Shown here: positions 27,588 through 39,330 of the stretch, one piece after another | Position numbering within the stretch: the first letter of the stretch is position 1 | Layout: every line of letters begins with the position of its first letter | From: Gordius albopunctatus | Taxonomy: Eukaryota | Direction of reading: 5' to 3' | DNA length: 64,000 bases | Assembly: GCA_964276515.1 (NCBI GenBank) | Contig: OZ193909.1 | Coordinates: forward strand, 682,001-746,000 | Notes under the pieces: model-generated | Seen by the model: only the letters and a program-made list of their open reading frames with translations | Database searches by the model: none | What the model was told of the DNA's origin: nothing | Made by a program: the position numbers and the translations under genes

Positions 27588-29054
27588 ATTCCCAGTGTTG
27601 TACATCATTTGATATAAATTTATAGAAAACTTACTTTTCTACTTAAGACATTTGTTAAAATTGACCAAAGTCTTAGATGATTATGAAGATGCATATATTT
27701 ATGGAATATTTTTTTATAAAATAAAGGTATTAAATGTATTTATAAATTAAAGTACTTTGCCTTTCGCAAGTCAAAACCATATTGAGCACTACAATTTAAT
27801 GTTATAAATTTTGAACAAATATTATATAAAAACTGCCCGCATCGACCAGATTCTCTCTTAGACAACTATTACCTTGAAAATTCTTAACCATCTACTATGA
27901 TCACGCATTTTTCAAATTAACGTCCTCTTCTATACCTGAAGACCAATATTTTGATTGGTAATTTTATTTTATATTTTTTCTTCTTTCATAAATGCATTTC
28001 ACATATATAACTTCCATTAGTTTATAATTATTCTAAAATTTACTCTGACTCTCAACACTTCTGTTTGTTTTGATAATTAAGATACTTGGCTATATCCCCT
28101 TGTTTCAGAGTTTTGTTTAGACAATCTGCCTAAACCTTTACTAAGAGAGCTGTAGCAGCCCTTTGAAACATCTAGCTAGGCAAATATCTCCGTAAATGGT
28201 CCACACACACCAGGATGACTTTGATTCTCAATAACGTCCGAATTTCCTAAGGTTTATAACAATTTAGCCAATATATCACTCAGTTTTTTATTTGGGTTTT
28301 CTCTTAGGTCTAAACCTGCGCCTTTTGCTTGTAACTTATCATAAAAAAAACAACCTTGCCAAATACCCTTTTAAGCTAAAAACAACGGCATTTATTAACA
28401 CAAGCATGGAGGTGGCTAAATTAAATAATGTCTCATCTCACGCTTTAAGGGTCTCTTTATCATAGAACTATTCAAGGTTTATTCTTTGTATGCCCTTTAA
28501 ATTTTTATATCTGTATAAAATATGCAGGCAACTCACCCATTACACTTTTGTATTTCAAGAGGTTAAAAACTCCTATGTATTTAATTTTGGGCCCTACGTT
28601 AAGTCTGATAAATAATCCTTAAAATATTACTTTTCTGGACAAAAACTTAAAACCGCATCAAACTTCTCGATTTAAATTTAATCTGTATGCAACTTTTCTT
28701 AAAAATATTGACAAATAAACTTATTTATAAATGTTTAATTTATTCAACAATTTAAATAAACGATCCATCATGGATGGGTGAAAAACTTACAAAGATAGCC
28801 AATGGCAGAAGCTTTATATTAAGTCAACTTAAATATTTTGTATAAATTATACACTTTCAATAACTTTCACATTATCAATGTTTTTTAGTTCTAAAAATTA
28901 AAGAAAATAGTGAATGAAATATTCATAGCAATATAAACAATATGAAAAAACAAATGTTTATGACAAAATAATAAAAAAAATTTTTTTTGTTTATATATGG
29001 TAAAGTAAAATTTCACAGATATGCACATAACAGTGGAAAAGAATTTAAAAATAT

Positions 29055-29092
29055 ATCAAAAGCATAGACTAATATTAGTCTATGATCAAAAG
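29055..29092. mobile_element. P-element excision footprint (TSD + fused TIR tips + TSD)
   Basis: atcaaaag|catagactaatattagtctatg|atcaaaag. The 22-bp core is the outer 12 bp of each TIR of the element at 29955-33907, overlapping by TA. Confidence 0.85.
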
Positions 29093-29954
29093 ACTATAAA
29101 TATATCATACAATATAATTATGTAATACCAATCCATTAGGTAGAATTGAATTTGTTTCGTATAATGGTAATTTAGGATTGATAAAATGCAAGGGTGGAAA
29201 TGGGTTTAAATATTTCGGTCGTCCATTTACCCCACTATTTCATTCATATTTATAATCCCTTTTGTATTTTACCTTATCCTTTATCTTAAAGTTGTTTACC
29301 CCACTATTTCAATAAATGTTAACTCTCTTGTTCCAATCAATGTTCGCTATTATTCACCCTCCTGTTTCAACTGGTCTTTATTACTTTTTTTAATTGAATC
29401 TTGTCGACGCCTTGTATATACCTTCATTTGTGATTCCCCTTCTCATTTTAATTTAACATCGTCATTCGTTCCTTTTCACCTCTTTTTTTTATTGATAATG
29501 GTTGCTGGACGACCGAAATATTTAAACCCATTTCCACCCTCGCATTTTATCAACCCTAAATTACTATTATACGAAACAAATGGTATTTTCTCAAGTGATA
29601 TAATGCTCAAGTAATCTAAAATTCGCAAAGAATGCTTATAACTAATTAATTTTATATTTAATCATGTTAAAAACGCTTTAAAAGGTTGCAAAAACATATA
29701 TTAAGCATATAATATACAAATATTAGCTTTTTTATTGCTGCCTATATATTTTCTTTCATATTAAGCATATAATATATGAAGTTCAAATTTTTTATTATTT
29801 TCTTTCATAGGTTAGATTAAATGCTTTATAATAAGTTAATATGCATTTAAAATACTTTATAGGGTTAGGGTTAGAGATATACTTATCTAATAATGTTTAA
29901 ATTACAATTTTTGTACATTAGATTACTTGAGCATTAGACCGGTTGAGTATAAAT

Positions 29955-32900
29955 CATAGACTAATAATACCATAGACTGCCGAACAGCTGTTTTTTACAT
30001 TAATATAAAAAAGTAACCTAGGAAGTCGCCCAAGTGGAAATTCTTGAAATTAAGGTAAAATTAAAATTGATAAATTTAAAACAAATTTTTTAGGAATATG
30101 AGGTCTTGCTCAGTAAAGAACTGCATATCTTACCTTAACAAAGAAAATAGCAAAAGTCTGTCATTTCATAAGTAATCATAAATAAATTTATGTATATTTT
30201 TAGATTTCCAAAAGATCCAGAGATTTTGTCCAAATGGATTAAATTGATGGGCCCTAAATTTAAATTGAAACAACATTCAAGTATATGCAGTAAGCACTTT
30301 CAACCCCAGGATTTTATTAAAAATAGAAGTAAAAATTATCTCAAAAAAAAATAGTGTGCCATTGGTGCCATCTCTGTATTTGTTAGAAGTAATTATTAAA
30401 TCTTAATACAATTTAACTAGAACAGTCTCTTGATCGTGGAAATACTGAGCTATGCCAGACTTTATTGAATCAGTCTCTAGATCAAGGAAATACCGAGCCA
30501 TCCCAAAATTTATTCAAGGTAAATATTAAATCAGAATTAAATTCAACTAGATCAGTCATCAGGATTAACAGATGTAACAAATGTTCCCCCAAAGCAAGTA
30601 AATAATTAGATACATTATCATATTTTTTTCCTGTTATTTTATAAACTGTATATTATAGTTATAATATATAAACATATAATAAAATCATAAATTTAGATCT
30701 TAAATATCTTCCCCAAGATAATGAGCAAAACATTAAATACAAGTAATTTTAATTTGTAAATTTTCATTAAAATTTATTTTAGTAATGCAAGATCATTCAT
30801 ATGCAATGAGTTTTAAGAAAGAAAGGAGAAGGGACATGCTTATAAAGTATTTAAAAAGAACTGTGAAAACTCTAAAAAATAAGAATTATCGTCAATTAAA
30901 GAAACTCAAGACTCTTAAAGATTTGGCTGCTCATCTTGAGAGCAAAGCATTAATTCCAGGAGAAGGGGGTGATATTATTACCAATTATTTTGGTGATACT
31001 CCTCTGACTTCAATACTAAATACACACTTGAAATCTGGTGGTGTTTATAATCCCTTAAACAAAGCTTATTCTGAAGAAATGAAAAGATTCGCAATAACCC
31101 TTCATTACTACTCACCTCAAGCCTACAAGTATATTCGGAGTGTCATTTGTATGCCAACGGAGAGCTCTATTAGAAAATGGTGTGTAAATGACAACATAAA
31201 GCCAGGTACATATACATTTTAAATATCTTTTATGTGTAGAATGCTTATAATATATGTTAACAATTTTTTTCAAAATCTATATATTTTATTTTCAGGTTTT
31301 TTAAAAGAAGCTTTTAATATATTAAAAGATTTACAAGCCAATGTAACATATCAACTATATATTTCCCTGACATTAGATGAAATGGCCATCAGACGCCATC
31401 TAGATTATAAAAAAGGCTTTGAAGGGTATCAAGGAGTTAAATTTTTTTTTAAATATGTTTTAGGTGTGTGGACGTAGGCCAGGGGATACCATCAAATTTG
31501 CTCCCAGAAGCCAAAAGTGCTTTATTTATAATGGCAGTTGCCATTAATGGCCACTGGAAGATACCCCTTGGGTATTTCCTTGTGGGTAGTGTCACTGCCC
31601 AGTTACAAGTAACCCTGATAAAAGATACACTAGAGCTGTTAAAAGATTGTGGGGTCATTTGCAAAAATCTGACCTGTGACGGACTATCAGCCAACAAAAG
31701 GATGGCAGAAAATTTGGGGGTATGCAATTTATTTACACAAGCTCTTAGTACATCTATTGATTAATATTTTTATTTCCTGTTTGTTAAATTTAAGTTGATT
31801 GAAATATCAAATTAAATTTCACTACTACATTTAATTTTTTATTCATTGCTTAACATTTTTTAAAATACAATATCTGATTTTTTGTAAAACTAAATTTATC
31901 AACAGGTATCCTTTGATGTTGAATCTCTGCGTCCTTATTTCATAAACCCCACCTGTACCACTGAAAAAATATATTTTATGTTTGATGCATGCCATATGCT
32001 CAAACTAGTCAGAAATTTATTTGAGCAAGTCGACTATCTTGTAAATTATGAGGGAAAGGTTTATTCATATTTATTTAAATTATATATATGTTTGATAGAG
32101 AATTGAATGGAAATTTGTTGTAAGGTTGTATCAATTACAACAACAACAAGGGATGAGAGCAGCTAACAAGCTTACCAAACAGCATGTCTATTTTCATAAT
32201 CAAAGGATGAAGGTTGGTTTTTATATCATTTAAATAAACTTATTGAAGGTAAAACTTGCAGCACAGCTCTTTTCAGAATCTGTCGCGAATGCTATGGAAT
32301 TTGCCAGGGATATAGATCCTGTCTCATTCCAGGATTGCCAGGCAACTATTGAGTTTGTCCTTATAATGAATCAGTATGATTATTAATTTGTTACTAATTT
32401 ATCTTTAAGACTATTTGATACCCTTAATTCACGGAATGCTCTGCATAAGGGCAATAAAAAGCCTTTATACAAGGAATCCTTAGCTAACTTAAATGAGTTT
32501 TATTTTAATTGTGCAAAATATTTGCGAAGTTTGTGCCTTCCAGACGGAAGACCTGTTATACAATCAAATAAAAAAATAGGAATTTTAGGGATGTTAATAG
32601 ATATGCAAGCAATTCAATTGCTTGCATCTGATCTTTTGGTCAAGACCGAACCTCCTCTAAAGTAATTATATTTATTCTAACCATTTATAAAAACTTAGGT
32701 ATCTATTGACTTATAAACTTTCCCAAGACCACCTAGAAAGTTTTTTTGGGTTAATCAGGGCCCGAGGTTATAACAATAACAATCCTTCGGCTACACAATT
32801 GCGTCAAGCATTAAACAAAATTTTTTTAACTAAAATATATTACCCCTTCTCCGGAAACTCTTCTCCGCAGGATGCAACATCTATTGCTGATGCAAGTTTT

Positions 32901-33907
32901 ATCGAGCCTAATGAGGATTTGAATGAACTAGAAGATATAAATTACGCCGAAATAAATATCAATTTAATTTCACCTTATATTTCATGTATTTCTTCTTATA
33001 TCGGTGGATACATTGTGAGGCAAATGGTTTTGCGCAAAAAAGTAACTTGTAAAATTTGTATTAAATCATTAATTAATTGTCAACCCCATTTATCTTTAGA
33101 TTATCTATTAATTAATTTAAAAAACAAAGGTGGACTAATTGTCCCGTCCACTGATGTTATTAAGATTTGCAAATATACCCAATTAATATTTCAAGTTTTA
33201 AAAAATAAAAATAAACTTTTTTCTAAAAGCATTTTATTTATAATAGAAATTAAGGTTTTTCATTCATTAATTGGATCTAACATTTTTTCATCTTTAAATA
33301 ATCATATTGTTGATCAGGAAGTAGGCTCTCTAAATCATTTACAATTATTAGTTAAATTAATAGTTAATACATATAGCAAAATTTTATTTCATAATTTTTG
33401 CAATATTTCTAACCAAGAATTTAAAAGTAACATTAGGCAAAAATTAAATAAAACTATTATTTTTACGGGACAGTAATTTTTTTTATTCACAATTAGTTAA
33501 TTTATTAATATATATTTACTTGTTAAATCTTGCATGATGCCCGGTATCGTTTTATGTAAAATTGTATCTTTTGATTAATACTTCAAATAAAATATATTAT
33601 AGATGGCGCTATATTTATATTTCTCTTTATCATTCTAAATCGTAAAATATTCGTTTTTTCTTAAAATATTTTTCAAATTCAAAAACAATGGTGTTTTCTC
33701 TTTCCTTAATTATATTTTTTCTTTACTAAATGTTTTTTTATGATTTAGTAACTTAATTTATAAATTTAAAATAAAATGTAGTAAAATAGAACAAAATACA
33801 TTACGCTAAGTTCTACACGCAGTTAAAAATTTCCACAAGCATGGCGGCTTTAATAGTTACTTCTGAATTATCAGCTGTTCGGCAGTCTATGGTATTATTA
33901 GTCTATG
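29955..33907 (+). mobile_element. Full-length P-superfamily DNA transposon
   Basis: Perfect 36-bp TIRs catagactaataataccatagactgccgaacagctg; perfect 8-bp TSD gtataaat (29947-29954, 33908-33915); internal THAP transposase. Confidence 0.95.
30098..33476 (+). CDS. P-element/THAP9-like transposase, 13 exons, one apparent +1 frameshift in an A9 run (30343-30351)
   Basis: THAP C2CH (MRSCSVKNC...FHKFP...W...ICSKHF), LHYYSPQAYKYIR, LTLDEMAI, TCDG, FDACHMLKLVRN, NKL, MKVKLAAQLFS, FDTLNS, SQDHLESFFGLIR and C-terminal CKIC; all splice junctions keep frame. Confidence 0.88.
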
Positions 33908-33992
33908 GTATAAATCAAACAAATTCAATTCTATATCATACAATGATGATTGTACCAAATTGACATAAGTTTTAAAAAGCGGTTATTTTAAA

Positions 33993-36964
33993 ATGACCAA
34001 AAAGGATATTAATTATATATGTAAAAAAGCGGTTATCGCTAATGAAACCTTAATATTATCTGATAATGAAGAAAGTTCAGAAGAGCCTATAATAATAGAA
34101 AGTTCTTTAGACAATAGCATACATATTTCTTCTAATCCTGACAAAATCATTCATAATAACGGCATTGAAGGCGGTTCGAATGACAGTGATAAAGAACTGG
34201 AGTCATTTTTCCGAAAACTACGGATAAATAAGACACCAAAAACTATACAAACTCCTATACAAAATTTTGTCATTTCAGATGATGATTTGTCAAGCTGCTC
34301 AGATGAAGGTGATGATTATGAAAATATATTAAAATACAATACTGACAATATTTTAATTCCTGATATTTTATCCACTCCAATTGTGAAGGTAATAAAGTTT
34401 TGAAAGATAAATTATCATTTAAATAGACAAAATTGAGGGCAAATTTAGTTACCTGTCAAACAGAAATTAAACCACGTAATAAATATGCTTCAATTGGGCA
34501 TTATTCCTTAAATGGTAAGTAAATTAACAAACTTATTTCTGTTTATATTATGAATATTTTATTTAAATAAAACAATATTTACACCTTTCAATATTATGTT
34601 AGAAATCAATCCTTTAAAAAAATTTATTTAAATATATATATATGAATTTTATTTTTTAACTTATTTAATATTTGTTATTTTAAGCAAAGGATGATTTGAC
34701 ACTCAATAGCCATAGGACAAATGAGGAATTTTTAGATTCCCTCAGCTTGGGGCCAGAATTTGGTTCAAACAAATATGTTATTTGCTTTAATCGGCATAAA
34801 ATTGAATTGACACAGCGGTTATTTACCATATATAACAGAGAAATCTTCAAAAATAAAGTATTTAATCAATTATATTTATTCTTATATAAAAATAAATCTA
34901 ATTTGATATATTTAAAATAGTTGCCACATGATATGGTAATAAAATGGAACCCTAGATTGTTGAAAACTGCGGGACAATGTTATTATAAAACCATGGAAGA
35001 TTCATCAAACAATACAAGAAAAAATGCTTGGATTGAATTATCAACCAAAGTCTGTGATAGTGCCTGTAAGATATCACAAGATAACTTTTATTGATAAAAT
35101 ATGAACGATTAATAATAATTTAACAGCAAGAAAGAGAATCATATAGGGTATTGCATAAGATGAATATTATTTACAAGAATTTTAACTTTTTTAGATTAAA
35201 AAACTTATATGTCTAATATTATATATATTTAATATTCAATCCGTTATGTGTGTTTCTTTGTATAAAATCGGAGGGTTACTTTATCAATCCAAACCTACCA
35301 ATTTTATACAAAGTGATAAGTCTAATGTTAAAATTTTGTTTTTAGTACTAGCATTTTCATTCAAAAATTGATCTGACTGCCTTAAATTTAATCCCTTCCT
35401 TCACCTTCTTAAATATAATATGTAACATCTTTTTACCCTTAACATAGGTTTGTTTAAATAAACTTTCTCCAAAATTTTTGGATTTTAACCTAAAAATTAT
35501 CAGAGTAAAATTAATTTCTTTTAGGTCGGGTGCGAGACGTTTTATTACACGAAATGTGTCACGCAGCCGCTTGGCTCATATCCAATTACAAATCCGGCCA
35601 CGGAAAACCATGGAAAAAATGGGCCCAAGCTTGTGCCACAACCTTCCCAAATCTCCCCCTAATTCAGCGATGTCATTCTTACGAAATCACCACCAAGTTT
35701 TTGTACCGTTGTCGGGAATGTAGCAAGGAGTAAGGGGGATTTACACAACACAAACCTTCGCAGTTTCAATGAGCGATTTTTTAGGGGTTTTATTTAAGCC
35801 TTTTTGATGGCAAAAATGGGTATTCAACAACCTAGGGTGGGCAAGAATAACGAAAATCGGCTAAGGTGGTATGGGGGGCATATACTAAGAAGGGGGGGGG
35901 CACGAATGATGTAAACCGAAAAGTACTGGACATGGGGGTACCGGAAAGAGGGGAAGAGGACGACCCCGTGTCACGTGGAAAGGGCAAGTCGACAAAGTTA
36001 TGAAAACAAAAGAGATTAGTCAAGACATGGCGGCACTGACCCGGTCAAGATGGGAAAAACTTATTAAAACAAACTCCACAACTGTGCGACCAAATAAGTG
36101 ATAAAGAAGAAGAGATCGGTCGTAAAAGAAGCTTTTGAGGTCTATCCCTCAAATGGGATTTTACTTGCATCGACTTATTTGCTTCTTCCCATTTTAATTA
36201 CGACCCTATCGCTACCGCAGAAGAGCTTAAAACGACAAAATATTCTGCCCTTTTGGCATCCAATATTTTTCTTCTTGTTGTTGCCTCGTGCTCGGATTTC
36301 TTCTTCGGGTTAACGGGCTATGGAATTTTTTTACAAAGATCGGAAAGCGCTCACCGAAATCTAAAATTTCCCCGTCCTTTTTACTTATGCAACACCAGGG
36401 ATTCTTGTTTTTCGATACAACTTTAAACCCTTTGCCGATTCATGGTCTATTTTAGATGATAATGATATAGATCTTTGTATTTACGCTTAATTTAAAACTT
36501 TGCTTTGGTTAAAACTAACTTTTCAACCGTAAAAAAATTAAAAACGTTATTTTTTTACACATTTCAGGGTTGGCAGGCACTCTCGTTCGTTGGATGCCGA
36601 ATGTTGTTCTCTATGCGGAGGCTACCTAACGACCTGGATGTGGAACAAAAAATCACTTAAGTACGTTCCCTACGTCGCTCCGACGATTGAAGATCACGGA
36701 TCTACGGAAGGGAATGGGGAAAGGGATTTGGGTGAAGACAGTTCAAGCTCTAAACCAAAACCCGTATGGTACGGGCAGTCTAGGCTAACTGAAAACCAAA
36801 AGGACGATGCAGAGACTGCCCCCAAAGGGATCAATAAATTTGCTATGTACGTCAAGCAAAATTACGGATCGGTCAAGAAGAAGGATTCTAACCTGGCGCA
36901 CAGACAGATAATGCTAACGCTGAGCGCCGGGTACGCCAAAAGCAAACTGGCCCGACCAACGTAG
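33993..36964 (+). CDS. GCNA: Germ cell nuclear acidic protein (acidic IDR + SprT protease + Zn finger + HMG-like box)
   Basis: Exons 33993-34388, 34427-34514, 34685-34857, 34921-35065 (WNPRLLKTAGQC, IELSTKV), 35525-35729 (LLHEMCH, GHG..W, YRCREC) and 36568-36964 (GRHSRSLD..CSLCGG; NKFAMYVKQNY). Confidence 0.85.
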
Positions 36965-37069
36965 TTGCTCAGGGGGCATCGCGCTTGCAAACATTTAGTT
37001 TTACAAATTTAGCCATAGTGTGTATAGACATATATTTAATAAAGCTATAAAAATGTTGGAGTGCGTTAA

Positions 37070-38770
37070 TTAACTATAGGGCAAATCTTTGAAATTGATG
37101 TGGTGTTTGATATTTAACAGCTTCGGAACTTCGCGTTGCAGTAAATCGTGTAACCCCGTCCCGTCCAAGGCGTATATCCATTTATCATCTCTGAAATCGT
37201 ATCTTTTTGGACCACTAAATGAAAATACAAAGCTTGGAAATTTACAGAGGTTCCCCGAGTAAAAAACTCAAAAACGTTGGCATTATTTAAAACACGGTGG
37301 ATTTGGTTGACTCATATACAACTCGTATACATCGTTGTGTAGAAATTTTTAAAGTCGTCGTATTTCATTTTTAAACAAAAAACAAATATTTAATAATAAA
37401 AGCCCGGCTGCCGGGGCCAGAAATCATGTTTTTTTAATTTCAAAAACTAATATTCTTGTTATTTTGATTTTTTGGATAGAAAAGGGCTCAACAAATTAAT
37501 AAGCGAAAAAAAGAATTTTGCATTTGAAAATATCATTGAGCCCGAATCTTATTAAGGTACCCACCCAAAAATTAAAATTTATGTAGGTTCGGGCAGCGGG
37601 TTTTCTCTTTTCACATTGCCAGAAAGTCAGAATAAAAGTTTGAAATCATGGCTTACCAGCAAATAATTTATTATTTTTTTAACCATTTTTTCATCCAAAA
37701 TATTCACTAGGCTATTTTCAACACCAGAAATTGGTTTATTGAGAGCTATAAACTCTACACTTTTGTATGTTTCATCAATGTTATATTTAATTTTACATTA
37801 AGCAGATATAATCAATAAGAAAATTGTAAAATCCAATGCAATTTCGGTCTATGGCCCTAAGCCGGCTCATTAATGAAATATATATTTTAGCAATTTATAA
37901 CAACCTGTATGCCATAGTGTAATAAATTGTATGCATGGGCATAACCAGGTTTGGATTTAGAGGGGGGGGGCAATAATGATTTAGGGAGGAGCAAAATAAT
38001 AATATTTTTAAATTTTTGCCATGATTTTAAAATTTAAAAGGATTTCTGGATTTAGAGGGGGAGCATCTCTCGTTGCCACCCCCTGGCTACGCCCATGGTT
38101 GTATTATAATAACCCTAAAATTGAGGATAAAAAGGTCTTGCAAAATGAATTTTATGAAAAGTAAAATAAACTATTTACCTAACAGGAGATGAAAGCCAAA
38201 TTTGAGTATTTGGGGCTTGCTTATTAATGACATAGGATCCCCCTTTGCCAGGAAGATTTACTGTCAAAACACCATCCTTTGAATATTTAATTTAATAAAT
38301 TTTAACAAATATTCCAAAGTCTTAAAAAATAATAGTTTTTTGATTGAAAATAAAATATGATACTTACGCTATATGTAACATCATAATTTAAATCATCACA
38401 AAACTCTTCAAAGGATTCAAATCGTGATGTCAATGCTATCAACGTTTCTTCACTAATTGATGGATAATCAAAATTAGGTTTTTGACTGAGCTATTTAATT
38501 TATAAAAGTAAAGAATATTACATTATGTATATTCAAACAAATATTTCTAATTAAATAAGATCAGATTTGTGATAAAAGATTTTATATATTGACTTGCAGG
38601 CAGAAAAATTTCTGAGAATTTTTATATTTAACAGAGCTGTATGGGTTAATATAGTTGGTAAATATTGCCCCTATTCCTGAATTGGGTTTCATGTGAATGC
38701 AAGATGATAACCAATTATTCATAATATATTGACTATTTGCTATTAAACATCTCAACCTTATTTTGTTCAT
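37070..38770 (-). CDS. FXN: Frataxin, mitochondrial
   Basis: Transit-peptide-like exon 38770-38594, then 38490-38368 (SEETL...YDVTYS), 38276-38179 (DGVLTVNL...[19 protein letters not shown]) and 37214-37070 (GPKRYD...WIY..DG..LHDLL..E). Confidence 0.93.
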
Positions 38771-39184
38771 GGCATAGAGTATACTGTGGAAAAATAAATA
38801 TATATTTAATTGTCAAATTCCATTTTTATGTACTTTTTTAAGGTACACATTAATATTTAAATATTGTAGTTTTTTATTAAACAATATAATTAATATATTT
38901 AAAATATATTATAGGTTTTAGTCAAAAAGTGTATTTATATAGTAATAATCAAATTATGTAAGTATTTTAAATAAAATAATCAAATTTAGCCTTACATTTG
39001 AATATAACAAAGTTTAAATTATTGTATATACCAACCAGCTGATTATTTTTCATCATGGCATATCGCTACCTTCAAATTGGAGTGTCTATCTGCACAAAAC
39101 TCCTTCTATCTGTGGCTGTTTGTCACCTAGGCTGGTCCTCAGTCCTTTCAGCATTCGTTTCTATGTTTATATAGATCTTTCTTT

Positions 39185-39330
39185 ATCTTGTGGACTTTCA
39201 TATCGTGCCGTATTTTATTAATCCAGGTGAACTTGGGTCTTCCTCTCCTTCATTTTCCTGCAAAATTTATTATCTCAATTTTCTTTCTTCTTTCGACATG
39301 GCCATACCTTCTTAGTCTTTTGTTATATGG
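39185..39330 (-). mobile_element. RTE-type LINE 3' remnant
   Basis: Degenerate translation KRLRRYGHVERR...GK*RRGRPKFTWINKIRHDM matches the RLRW.GHV.R...RGRP..W C-terminus of RTE-clade reverse transcriptase ORFs. Confidence 0.6.

Larger units (their letters stand above)
29582..33916. mobile_element. About 375-bp MITE (imperfect TIR with taatgctcaagtaatctaa core) carrying the P element; uninterrupted copy at about 46300-46673
   Basis: 8-bp TSD aaacaaat at 29574-29581 and 33917-33924. The second copy has a single gtataaat at the P insertion site. Confidence 0.75.
29141..33933. mobile_element. Long-TIR (about 85 bp) foldback/MITE whose right TIR is split by nested insertions
   Basis: Left arm 29141-29225; right arm 29506-29581 plus 33925-33933; 3 mismatches between arms. 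Another fragment at about 7726-7748. Confidence 0.75.

Noticed and set aside
29955..33907. Horizontal transfer inferred from tiny introns of the P element
   Set aside because: Host genes (DNMT2, GCNA) have equally short introns and similar composition, so there is no evidence from this window.
29101..33944. 13-bp direct repeat tatatcatacaat at 29101 and 33932 as a further TSD
   Set aside because: The left copy is 27 bp away from the element end and the sequence is low complexity, so it cannot be tied to an insertion.
35750..36420. GC-richer segment with small ORFs in a GCNA intron
   Set aside because: ORFs lack recognisable motifs and no termini were found; probably an unclassified repeat.
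38773..38786. catagagt next to the FXN ATG as a P-element end
   Set aside because: Better explained as 5'UTR after a splice acceptor (ttttccacag); no partner end or TSD.
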